DNA of 64,000 nt. Origin: Octopus vulgaris. Taxonomy: Eukaryota. Each line of letters starts with the position of its first letter. Positions within the stretch are counted from its first letter, which is position 1. Both the position numbers and the translations under genes were made by a program. Below, one piece after another: positions 38,841 to 51,567 of this stretch. The stretch is from positions 77,872,001 to 77,936,000 of the forward strand of contig OX597822.1 in the NCBI GenBank assembly GCA_951406725.2, written 5' to 3'. The notes beneath the pieces were generated by a model. It was not told the origin of the DNA, ran no database searches, and saw only the letters and a list, made by a program, of their open reading frames with translations.

Positions 38841-41358
38841 GATGATTCACTTATAACTGATACATTTATTACAGTTTCACTTTGTTGGGGGTTTGTTTAA
38901 TATAGGAATTAATATAGTAATCAGGAAAAAAAAAAGCGTGAAGAGACGTTTTGTTTTCGGTTTTAATCTAACGCAGACAGATAATAGATGAGACAATACC
39001 CAAATCGTTTTATTTCGGATTTTTTTTGTGCGTTCTTTCACCAAGTCGGCATTTTGTAATATATTTCCCAACACGAAAAACTCATCACATTTTTGTTCTT
39101 GTAATGTATCAGAATGGGCTGCGGGATAGTAGAATCATTAGCAGGAATGGCTGTGTAGTAAGAAGCTTACTTCACAACCACATGGTTACGGGTTCAGTCC
39201 TCGGCAAATGTCTTTTACTATAGCCTCGAGCCGATCAAAGCCTTGTGCGTGGATTTGGTAGACGGAAACTGAAAGAAGCCCGTCGTATATGTGTGTGTGT
39301 GTACTTGTGTATCTATGTTCCCCCCACCACCATCGCTTGACAACCGATGTTGGTGTGTTTACGTCCCCGTAACTTAGCGGTTCGGTAAGATTCCGATTGA
39401 ATAAGTACTAGGCTTACAAAGAATAAGTCCCAGGGTCGATTTGTTCGACTAAAGGCGGTGCTCCAGCATGGCTGCAGTCAAATGACTGAAACAAGTAAAA
39501 GAGTATTCGGACAAAATGCTTAGAGGCGTTTCTGCCAACCTTTTACGTTCTGAGTTCAAATCTTGCCGAAGTTAATTTTGCCTTTCGTTCCTTTGGGATC
39601 GATAAAATAGAGGGTCGGCTGAGCACTGGGGTCGGTGTAATCGACTAACCAACGCACCACCCTCAAAAATGTTGCTGACATTGTGCTTGGAGTAGAAAGA
39701 GTTAGCAATATTACTGGTGAGCTGGCAGACTGGTTATCACGTCGGACAATAGGAAAAATCATGCTGAGGTCGACTTTGCTTTTCATTCCTTCGAGATCGA
39801 TGAAATAAAGTTCCAGCTGAGCACAAGGGATCAATGTAATCGACCTACCTCCATCCCGGCCCACCACCAAATCGTGCCATTGTGCCTGTAGTAGAAAGAA
39901 TTATTATAGCTGGGCGAAATGCATAACAGTATTTCGTCTGCCCTTATGTTCTGAGTTCAAATTCCGCCGAGTTCGACTTTGCTTTTCATCCTTTCGAGGT
40001 CGATAAATTAAGTACCAGTGAAACACTGGGTCTATGTAATCAACTAGTCCCCTCCCCCAAAATTTCAGGTCTTGTGCGTTTACTTGAAAGAATTATTATT
40101 TATTGGCGAGCTGACAAAGTGAACAAAATTGACAGTTAATATTTTCAGTACTGTAGCAAAGAATTCACTGACACTCCATCGGTTACGACCACAAGGTTTC
40201 CAGTCGACCCAATCGACGGAACAGCCTGCTCGTGAAATTAATGTGCAAGTGGCTGAGCACTCCGTAGACACATGTAACCTTAACGTAGTTCTCAGGGAGA
40301 TACAGCATAACACAGAACGTGAGAAGGCTGAACCATTGAAATACACGTACAACTCATTTTTGCCAGCTGAGTGGACTGGGTCAATGTGAAATAAAGTGTC
40401 TCGCTCAAGGACACAACGCGCCGCCAGGAATCGAACTCATGACTTCACTATAGTAAGTCGAATACTTTAACCACTATGCCACGCGCCTTTACAGCAAAGA
40501 ATTGAAACTGGTTGTATAGTACAGCTAAGTTGCAATGTAAAGGTTAAAAGGTAAAGACTCCCTTCGGACATGAATGACCATGGGACTGCACCTAGAAAAT
40601 TCCCCTCCGGGGCAAAAGTCCAGACGAGGTTGTTGTATGGAAAACCAGCAATCGCCCATGCATACCGGCCTCCCCTCTCCACACCACCAATGTTATCCAA
40701 GGGAAAGGTAAAGGGCCCGATACAGCTTGGCACCAGTGACGTCGCAACTCATTTCTATAGGTGAGTGAACTGGAGCAACGTGAAACAAAGTGTCTTGCTC
40801 AAGAACACAAGACACAGCCCGGTCTGGGAATTAAACTTACTACCTCATGATTGTGAACCCGACGCTCTAATAATGTAAATGTATGAAAAATGATTTCTTT
40901 TCCCTTCTTAAAGATAATCGTTTTTGTTTCGATTGACGCCATGTAGAACTAATGTCGTTGTAGCGAGTCAGGAAAGCTATTTTTCTTGTCGTGTCATAGC
41001 ACAGTTGTGCTATGGCATACTCCAGTCAATCAGGGCTGGACTTCTTATTACTAGAGGCAGTTCGCTGCCCAAGAAGAGAAACGAGAGTTTTAATTAGTTA
41101 GTGGATAGAAAGCAGAAAAGTAACAGCTTTCTTTCGACATGGAACAATTGCTTTGCTTTACACAGCAACTTCGCGTCCGTTAACTCTGAATTATATCCCA
41201 TCTCACCTTATAACACCATCAATATTCTCTTAGCTTTCACGTCGACTTCGCGCAGCGAACTCTGAATTATATCGGCTCTCGCCTTATCACGAAGTCCATA
41301 TTTCTATTTCCACATTGGTAACTTTTTACATTGTAATTGTTTTCGTTTCTCTTTACAG

Positions 41359-41520
41359 AAATGTAATTGTTGCCGGGAAAAGAAACTCGTGTCGCGCAAC
41401 ATTGTTTTGGATGAATGTTATGATTCCGTGACAGGGACCTACCTTCACGGTTTGTACCCAACCATTTCCATCAAAGAACCCATACAATGCGTTTGCAGAG
41501 AATGTGCCAGTTTCATTTGA
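41359..41520 (+). CDS. pburs: Bursicon beta-like, coding exon 2 (not in the ORF track)
   Basis: Acceptor tttcgtttctctttacag| (AG ends 41358), phase 0. Translates KCNCCREKKLVSRNIVLDECYDSVTGTYLHGLYPTISIKEPIQCVCRECASFI* (TGA 41518-41520), matching bursicon-beta ECxCCRE...LxxCYD...EPxxCxCxxC. The joined protein is 130 aa with 11 Cys in the mature part. Confidence 0.92.
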   Translation, partial: KCNCCREKKLVSRNIVLDECYDSVTGTYLHGLYPTISIKEPIQCVCRECASFI

Positions 41521-41959
41521 GTCAGGCTCACAGCAACAACAGCAACATCATCAACAGCAACAACAATAACAACAACAGCAACAAATACACAACAGTTACA
41601 ACAACAATGACAAGAGCAACAAAACCGATGACGATGAGAACAACGACAATGAGAGAGAAAGCAGATAACGATGACGTCAGAAGCGAAAAGGCTGAAGATG
41701 GTTAGGAATGGTGGAAGTGGTGGTGGTGAAGGCAGTGGCGTTGGTGGTAGTTCTAAAGAAAAAAGAGATGATAACGAAGACTATTGCGATGATGATAATG
41801 ACGATTATGATGATAATGACCACACGACGATGACGACTACGCTGACAAAGATAGCTACGGGCTGATAAACTGATCTCCAAACTTTCGTTTTATTTGTTTC
41901 GTTTCTCTTTTTATTTTTTTTTTTTGTTTCCTTGTTATTTTATGTTTTGTTGATTTCTG

Positions 41960-41977
41960 AATAAAAACAAAAATAAA
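41960..41977 (+). promoter_or_regulatory. Candidate polyadenylation signals of the bursicon-beta-like gene
   Basis: AATAAA at 41960-41965 and 41972-41977, about 440 nt after the stop codon, following a low-complexity 3'UTR. Confidence 0.4.
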
Positions 41978-42424
41978 AAAAAAATTTTAAATTACACACG
42001 AAAGAATGAAAAAAAAAATGGAAGAATTCAAGAATGCAAATTTTCGATTTTCCTTTTAATTTTCATTACCGCGTCGAGAAATTATCATCATTATTAATTA
42101 TAGCTATTTATTATAATCATTATTATTATTATCATTATTATTGGTGTTGTTGTTGTTGTTGTTGTTGTTGTTAAGGCGGCGAGCTGGCAGAAACGTTAGC
42201 ACGCCGGGCGAAATGCTTAGCAGTATTTCGTCTGCCGATACGTTCTCAGTTCAAAATCCGCTGAGGTCGACTTTGCTTTTCTTCCTTTCGGGGTCGATTA
42301 AATAAGTACCAGATACGCACTGGGGTCGATCTAATCGACTGGCCCCCTCCCCCAAAATTTCGGGCCTTGTGCCTAGAGTAGGAAATATTATTATTATTAT
42401 CATTTTCATTATTATTATTTTATT

Positions 42425-43880
42425 GCCTTTGCACAGCTTCTAATGCCGGAGATATACTACGGTGTCAGCTGTTCACTACCAGTGAACTAAGGTAACACTC
42501 CTTATTTTTCAAGCACCATCCAGAGTATTCGAGCAGTTCCAAGCAGTGCTGTTTTCCGCAAGTGCATCATTAATTGCAGCCCCTATTTGCTCCTTGTACT
42601 TCTCAAGACTTTTACTCACTGTTCCCAGGGCTCCGACTATTATTGGTACTACTATTACTACCACCTTTTACAGCGACCACAATTGCTTAACCTCCCAAGC
42701 TAACCTGTTATATCTATCGACTTTTCTTTCTTCCTTATCGCATACCTTGCCAGCTGGACATGCTATATCTATGATCCAGCATCGTTTGCTTTCTTTCTCA
42801 ATTAACACTAAGTCTGGTTTCCTATTCTCTATCTCATGGTCGCACTGAATCATAAAATCCCATAGGATCTTTGCATTATCATTTTCGATGATGCTTTTGG
42901 GTTTATGTTCGTACCACTTTTTGCTCTGTCAAGTTCATACTTGTTGCAAAGTATCCAATGGACTATCCTTGCCATATTGTCATGACGTCTCTTATATTCC
43001 TTCTGGGCTAGTGGCGTACATTGACTGGTAATATGCCATACGGTTTCACCATTTTGTCCACAAATTCTGCATTTATCACTTTCTGATGTGTTGTCTATTC
43101 TGTACATGATGTAATTGGTTCTTTATGTTTGCTTTTGGACAGCACAGATTAGAGCCTCCGTTTCCGGTTTTAAATCACTTTTAGTCATCCATAGCCATCT
43201 TTTTTTCTGTCTTATCTTCAACATCCCTATGAAATCGTCCATGCATTCTTTTCTGTATCCACCTATTTTCAGTTTTATTCATTCTCAAGTCCTTGTACAG
43301 TGCTTTATCGTTGTAATCTTTCATCCTACACAGGCCTGACATTCTTATTTCCAATAATAGTAGTTCTGTGGCATTTTTTACATTCCATTCTATGTTGTTT
43401 TCTTCTGCTCTAATGCTGTGTTTGCATCCAATCATTCCTCTCCCCACTCTTTTTCTTGGTTCATACAGTCTGTCTGTGTGTCAATTTTTGGGTGGAGCAT
43501 CCCATATCTGGTTAGCAGCTTCCTTGTTTTTCTGTCTAAGATGTTTAGTTTGTCTACTGTCCATGCGATTGCCGCTGCTCCATATTGAACTGAGAGTGAA
43601 ACCGGCCAAGTGTTGATAGCTTCAATCTTATTCCTCACGTTTAATTTCGACTTAAGTATCAGTCTCAGTCTGCCCGAGTACTCTACCATTATAATTATTA
43701 TTATTTCATCGTCTTTGCACAGCTTCTAACGCTGGAGATGTACTACGGTGTCAGCTGTTCACTACCAGTGAACTAAGGTAGCACCTCTTATTTTTCGAGC
43801 ACCTTCCGGAGTATTCGAGCGGTTCCAAGCAGTGCTGTTTTCTGCAAGTGCTCCACCTTTATTGCAGCCCCTATTTATTC
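42425..43880 (-). mobile_element. RLE-type non-LTR retrotransposon fragments (same family as 7858-9350)
   Basis: CRICGQNGETVWHITSQC...RRHD and RKPDLVLIEKESKRCWIIDIACP. A second 3'-end fragment lies at about 43705-43880; both abut (ATT)n. Confidence 0.88.
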
Positions 43881-43882
43881 CA

Positions 43883-43945
<63 letters not shown>

Positions 43946-44419
43946 GGCGGTGAGCTGGCAGAATCGTTAGCACGCTGGGCAAAATGCTTGGCGACATTTC
44001 GCCCGTCGCTACGTTCTGAGTCCAAATTCCGCCGAGGTCGTCTTTGCCTCTCATCCTTTCGGGGTCGATTAAATAAGTACCAGTGAAACACTGGGGTCGA
44101 TGTAGTCGACTAGTCTCCTCCCCACAAATTTCTGACTTTGTGCCTTTAGTAAAAAGGATCATCATCATCATGATGAGGGAGCATGAAAGTGACACTGAGT
44201 TACAATTGTACGAAGCCCAATATACCTATCATGACCACTCGTCTGATAAGGGTACACCAGGCACATGCATCACAACTACATATGCGCAACATGGTGATCT
44301 CATATCAAGATAAACAGCGCATGACCTTGCAGGTGGGGCCCAGTTAATATTTTCTTCATGTCAAGTAGCCAATCCCACTCAAAATAACACTGAATAAGGG
44401 TTGTTTAAAAATGCTCCCC

Positions 44420-46151
44420 CACTACTTCTGCTCTCCTTTGATTTGTGATCCCTGATGCCACTCACCCTCTTACTGTGGCCGAATCAGTTCGAATTTCCAT
44501 TTCGTGGAGTCCCCATCTCAACGCCAAGTTCACGCTCTTCAGTACTACATCTAATTCAGCCAGATTGATGTGGCTGCAATCATTCTTTTTTCTGAGCCAC
44601 ACTGTATATTCCGCCTCTACATCCCCCACTTCTAGGATGACTCTTATTGCGATGCTACCTGCATCACACCACACACCTCCCTTTTTTGTTTCGGCCACAT
44701 TCCAGCTGCCCCTCACTGGATCCTCCGCTCTCACTCTCTCCAAAACGTCTTGCATCATCGCAATTGTCTTCTCCCCTACTTTGTCGCTTCACTTTGCTCC
44801 TTCGGCATGCCTCTTAATGAAGCTGCATGCTGTTCGGAGCCATCCTGCAATTGCGTAGTGTCCCACCAGCTTTCCGCACACCGAGAAGAGCTCTCGCCTG
44901 CTCATATCTCTGCTGAGTTCCTCGGCGAAAAACAAGCCTGCCCATCTGATTTCTTTCAATCCTAAACCCCAGTGCGGCCCCTCCTCCTATGGCCTCTGGC
45001 GGTTTAGCAGTCAGCCCCAAATTATTTAGATGATCTATGACTTCCTCTGCCGTCCTTACACTCTCATCAACAATGATGTAGTCGATGTACGAATTACTCT
45101 CAGGCTCCACCTCGGCCACCTTCTCTCAGACTGTCTTCAAAACCTTTGCCATGACTTTTGGTGCCGAACTCAGGCTAAACCCCAACCGAGTCAGGCAGTA
45201 GGTTCTACCCTTGTACCTCACTTTACTGCCGTCCACTGCGCTAAGATGTGGATTACCGGTCCAACAAGTCACCATTTTTACTGTCACCAAAGTTGTAGTG
45301 CAACCAGTATCCACGAGGGCACGGACCTCCCTCGACCCCACCTGAACGTTTATTATTGGCAGTGACTGCCAGTGCACCTCTAATCGGTTGACGGGGTAGC
45401 TACCGACGCAGTAGCTCCCCTCCATCCGTTTCCCTGTTTGCATTGGTTAGCAATGTATCCAGGCTGGTCACACCAGTAGCACACCACTTCCTGTTTCGGT
45501 GCCGTGCACTCTCTGACCATGTGCGGACCCCCGACACCTGAAACACGGCCCCTTCGTTATTCATCCAGCTTCTCTTGTCACATTCTTCTTCCCGTTAGCT
45601 TCGATTCGTCTCTTCGTCGTTTTCGCCTTCGTCATTGTACAAACTACAACGCGTGTGTTGTTCTGAGTCATGACGCATGTACGCTCTATCAGTTCGCCCA
45701 CTGGTATGGTGTGGGTGCCCGCTAGCTGCTGCAAACTTATTGAAATGTGATCGGGAAATCCAGTCAGAAAGGCCAACCTCACAACACTCTCCATTGCCTC
45801 GCCGGAAATCCCTGATAAAGCTACCAATCTCCTAATCTCACTCGCATAGTCGTCGACCTGTTCTCCGGTCCACCTCACGCTTCCGAGCTTACTATACGCC
45901 TTAAATGCTCCCTCCGTATAAGCCATTTTTAGCCGTTCCTCAATCTTCTCGATTTTTTGTTGATCGTCCTCCGCCATCTCTAGATACAGGCTCAGCGCGC
46001 TACCTTCTAAATTCAACGGTAAGAAGCAGGCTACGTCCTGTATCCAATGTAATTTTGCCACCAGCTTCACTTTCTGTATCCAGGCCACCACATCACTTTG
46101 GCCAGAGAATGGTCTCAACATGTCGTTATCGATTCTAATTTTAGATGCCAT
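44420..46151 (-). mobile_element. Decayed LTR retrotransposon gag-pol (gag, Zn knuckles, aspartic protease, internally deleted RT, RNase H; no integrase left)
   Basis: gag MASKIRIDNDMLRPFSGQSDVVAWIQKVKLVAKL, knuckle CYWCDQPGYIANQC, protease ALVDTGCTT, RT YCLTRLGFSLSSAPKVM and YID(Y)II, RNase H WCDAGS...HINLAEL...IRTDS. Frameshifts and stops throughout. Confidence 0.88.
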
Positions 46152-46217
46152 ATTTTACCGAGGACAATTTTATTTTTTGTTTTGTTTTTGAGCGCTCCGC
46201 AATGAGCCGAAATAGCT

Positions 46218-46485
46218 TGTGATATGAAGGGGGAATTAGGAAAAAAGAGAATTAAGGCTTTCTTACCTGTCGAGCTGGGGGAAGCATTCTCTCGCTACCC
46301 ACGTGGGCGTTCTCTTTCCTTCGTTGTCCACACACGTGTTGCCTTCTCGTTCTTCAGTTGTCCTCTGGTCTCTTCCTGTCGCCGCTGCGCATGCTCTCTT
46401 CAGCACTTCCGTTGCTAGGGACTCCCGTCGGGGCCCACCCAATCTCCTACCTCCACTTTCACCACAGCTTCTGCTCAATATCACT
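46218..46485 (-). mobile_element. 5' LTR (about 268 bp) of an LTR retrotransposon
   Basis: Bounded by the terminal inverted repeat TGTGATAT ... ATATCAC(t) and lies 66 nt upstream of the gag ATG. Confidence 0.7.
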
Positions 46486-46773
46486 ATAGCTATATTTGGC
46501 ATGTTGTGCTTACACCACGTTGCTCTTTTTTTATATCGTATGTTCCACTGTTTTTTTTAAATTTTTAGTGGAACGGTGAGTTTCTGTTTCAATTGTGCCT
46601 TTGGTATTGTAGTAATTTCAACTTTTACTTGCGTGCAGCAGCATTAGCGATAATGTCATGTCCCATGAGAAGGAAGAACATTGCAGACGTATTTGAATAG
46701 CCACTAATGATATGAGCCTGGCATAATTGACACTTGTTATCACAGCGTGGAAGTTTAGAGGCATTGTAGGATG

Positions 46774-47397
<624 letters not shown>

Positions 47398-49467
47398 TTA
47401 TGAGATACAGTTTTATTGAATGCAGACAGCTCTGACTCCCATATCTTCCGAAGTTTACGGCAGTATCCCCTTATCACTCTAGGTTTACTGACATGACCAA
47501 CATATAGATATTTTTCTCTCTCGCTGTTTTCGCTGATTCGCAGGATTCTCTGTCGTCATCCATGTCCATTATCATGAATTTGGAATGTGAGCTTGAGTCA
47601 CAATGAATTTTTCATTTGCCGATTACACTACCATGGATGCCACCACTGTGGATGCTTTGCAGCAACTTGCTGGTGATCCTGAGCGTTGATCTTCTAGGGT
47701 CCTCCGCTCAGCCTGCCAGGTAGCTTTTGTATTAAAAAAAAAGCAAACCTGACAAAGGTTTCCCTGCGAGGATAAAAAACATTACAAGTAAGCTGCCAAG
47801 TGTCGGTGGTTCCTCCCCCACCCGACATCTAACAGGATCCTTCTTTCATGCAGTACTTCATGTACATAAATGGTAAAGTTCTGCTTAAATTTCGATGGAC
47901 GATGTGATTTTAGTATCTTACATTCCTCACTCGTTCTTATGAGATCATAACCGGTTGTCACATGTCCTTATAATAATAATAATAATGAAATTATTGTATA
48001 CAGTGCTCAGGTGCACCACAACTTGTCAGAGTATATGCAGTAATGTACAAATGTCTGGAAAGCGAACAAGTCAGATACATGCTTGTGTGTGTATGGAGGG
48101 GAGAAAATCAGGTGTAGTGTTGGCGAATCTCAGAAAGCATGGAAGTTTTGAAGAATACAGTGCTCCGACAACTAACAACTGACACCAGCTGTTTGTTCCA
48201 TGCTTCAGCAACTCTCAGCGTGAAAAAATGTTTCCTGAAGTCATGGGAGCTGTGCTGTTTTCTGACTTTGTAAATATGTCCACGGGTGTTAGATGGGTGG
48301 AGTTTGAAAAGGTGCTCAGAGTCATTGTTTGTACGATGGTTGATAATTTCGACGTTTGTATATTAGTATTTGTCTTGGTTGTGTTTCTTGTCTTTCAATT
48401 GAATAAATTTACTGTGCACGCATATATAATTGTATAGGGGCCGGTAGTTTCTCGTAGATATTTTGGGGCAGATGCTACTGATGTGGGTGATGTATGTATG
48501 TGTATATGAATTAGTATTCCTATCTTTACGGCTAAAGTTCTAGGACCTCAGACACACTCGCCACCTTCTGTTCGTTGAGTTTCCATCTTCTCTACGTGGT
48601 AGATACGTTCGATGGGTATCACGAATTCTCTTCTAAACAGATTTGCTGCCAGGGTTGTCTCCCTTAATCTTCGCCTCTTGACAGGTTGTAAAGATTAAAA
48701 CCAGCCGTCGCTCTTCTACTAGTATAATTGCCTTCCAATGTAGCCAAGACCAGAATACTCATCTAGTCATATTGCTGATGTAGTTGTGGACCCAAAATTG
48801 CCTTCTACTGAGAATGTTTAAGCAAAACCGAAATGACGTTTCACGATCTGTGTCCTAACGGGATGTCGGACACTAACCCAGAAGTTCGAAGTCCTTGCAT
48901 ATTGCTAGATACCCGTCCATCATACGTTCGTTTTATTTGTCCTGACGAGTCTCAAGCAATCCGTCTCTGCAGGCAAGCTTGATGGGGCAGCTGGTTTTAT
49001 CACCGTCGACCCGAGCAAGCAATCGGCTGAACCGGACAGTGTACGACTGGTAGCACAATTGACCAATTTTGCGCGCGTGTCACATATTGTCTTACGACGT
49101 TTTTCACAGGATAACACTACGACAGCAGCGCAAGGGAAACAACTCTTCATCATGAAGTTTACTTACTGTTATTCTGACATTGAATTATCTCCCATGTACC
49201 AATAACCGCTCAATTGTCGATTGTATCCGGGACCAATAAGAGCGTGTAATGGTTCTCACCCAATAACAATTAATTTTATTTATTAGCCTCATCCAAAATT
49301 AATTAATGTAGAGAGGCAGGCATGGGCGCATGGTTAAGACGTTCACGTTGCAACTGAATGGATTTAGGTTCCGTCCCACTGCTTGGCACCTCGGATGTCT
49401 TCAACTATAGCTCCAGGCCGACCAGTGCCTTGTGAGTGAATTTGGTGGACGAAAACTGAAAAAGCCC

Positions 49468-49526
<59 letters not shown>

Positions 49527-49528
<2 letters not shown>

Positions 49529-51556
49529 AAAGAATTCCAACCTTGTCTGATTTTCACGTTTTATTTACAATCTTATAATGATATATTATAAGATAATATA
49601 TTATAATTGAATAAAATAAAATGAAATAGTAGAATGTTAAATATTCATTCTGATTGAACTAGTACTTTCATGCATTGAATTCTGCAATCTTCGGGTTCAT
49701 GTAGTAGTGTTGACAGTCATGCTTCACAATTTTTGACTGTAGCAAGATGAGTGATTCTGTGCTATAAATACAGCTGGGTAGGCTCCAGAGTGCTAGGTTT
49801 TGCAAACTGTATTCTGACCAATCAGTGTGTAGTATCACTCAATTACTTAAGCTGATTGGTTGGTTGAGCTGATTGGTTTAGGCATCACGCTTTGTTGGAC
49901 AGGTCAAGAGTCCTGTATCTTGACCCTGGCCGAAGCAGCAATTGTTGGGTTATTTTTAGAAATGTTGTAAATATCCTTTGTCAGAGATTTTTATATTTTT
50001 ATATTTCAATTGTCATCATCATCATTGTCAGCACCTTAATTATTGTTGCTAGTGGTGATGGTGGTGGCAATAGAACTTTTAACCCTAAATAAGATAATTT
50101 TCCTGCTATCTTCGTCTTGATCACCTTTAGTATTGTTGTTGTTGTTAGTGGTCATGGTCGTAGCAGTGGAAGTAATACCTCTAAGTATTATTATTATTGC
50201 TTATTTAGCTTGGGTTCGAATTTATCAATAAAATTCTTTTCTCTGATTTTCCTCTCGATTTCACTTGGGCTGTGTAATTTGTAGAATGGAAATATTATAT
50301 ATATTTTCCGACCACATGTTGCTAGGTGGTTACTCAAAGGTATCTGACGGACCTCTGGGTCTCTAATCTGTTGCCGGTGTACACGTGAGCGTTCTAATAG
50401 TGCGTTTCCCGTCTGACCTACATATATTTCTTCACAATTTGGGCATTTGATGCAGTAAATTAAATTTCTGCTTTTGCAGTTCATATTCGCGTTTGTGAAT
50501 ATTTTCCCGGTTTTTGTGTTTATATATTGACCGGTATGTATGAATTGGCATGTGCCACATCGGCTATCATTGCATTTAGATACCGTGAATGTTTGGTCTT
50601 TGTTGCTGAGGTCAAATTTTGCCTTTGTTAGTAATGTTTTCAAGTTTTTAGGCTGTCTTTTACTAAGCACCATAGCTCGATCCTTGATTATGTCTTTTAA
50701 TTCATTACTTTGGGCAATGATTGGTAGGTTTGCTTTGGCAATGTTGAAGATATTCTGGTGACATGGGTTGTGTGTCACTATGAATGGTATGACTTGTTCT
50801 TGTTTTCCTCTTCCTTGGGTTGTCCTAAGTTGTTGTATAGGTATTTTTATAGCCCGCTGTATGCCATTTTCTATAAGTAGAGATGGGTATTTTTGTTTGA
50901 GCAAAAATTCTCTTAGTTCTATTAGGCGTTTGTTCCTGATATTTGCATCTTCTACAATAGTACAAATTCTTCTGGCTAGGCAGTATGGGATGCGTTTTGT
51001 ATGTGGTGGATGGCACGACTTAAAATTTAGGTATTGATGTGTGTCTGTGTGTTTATAGTATATATCTGTGGTGATGGTGGTGTCTTTTTAATTACCATTA
51101 TATCCAGGAATGGTAATTTGGTACTACTCATCTCCTTTGTAAATTTGAGAGATGGGTGTACAGGAGGATATTGAACTCTTCAGAGTATTTAGAGATTCTG
51201 TCCAGATTATGAAACAGTCGTCTAGGTATCTCTTCCATGCCTTTTCAATATACTTTCTAAATCCAGTGCCATAGTTTACCTCCACCTCTTGGTAGAGTTG
51301 TTCTTCTAAGTATCCCATTACAGAGTTGGCGTAAACAGGAGCAAACCTCGTTCCCATCGCCGTGCCTCTAATTTGGATGTAATTCTTTCCATTGAAGAAG
51401 AATGTGTTATTTTCTAGAATAAGTTTGACTGTGTCTAATATAAATGGCACTGTGAATCTGCTGGGAATCACTTCTCTATGTTTTTCTAACCAGTATTTAA
51501 TCGCCTTTATTCCTAAATCGTGTGGAATATTGGTGTAGAGGCTTACCACATCAAAA
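49527..51556 (-). mobile_element. Inverted second copy of the same PLE (left arm of a 4.1-kb palindrome)
   Basis: Near-identical reverse complement of 51594-53635; ORFs 50194..50904 and 51124..51549 reproduce the same protein. Small indels cluster at about 50990-51185. Confidence 0.95.
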
Positions 51557-51567
51557 TAAGGCTTACC

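Noticed and set aside
48560-49200. Cys-containing ORF 48920..49153 as a bursicon-alpha exon
   Set aside because: Cysteine spacing does not fit a cystine knot; the region looks more like a highly decayed LINE remnant.
51520-51567. Start of the 482-aa ORF as the true PLE N-terminus
   Set aside because: These codons come from the inverted arm and the junction duplication; the element is truncated just before RT motif A and is not autonomous as it stands.
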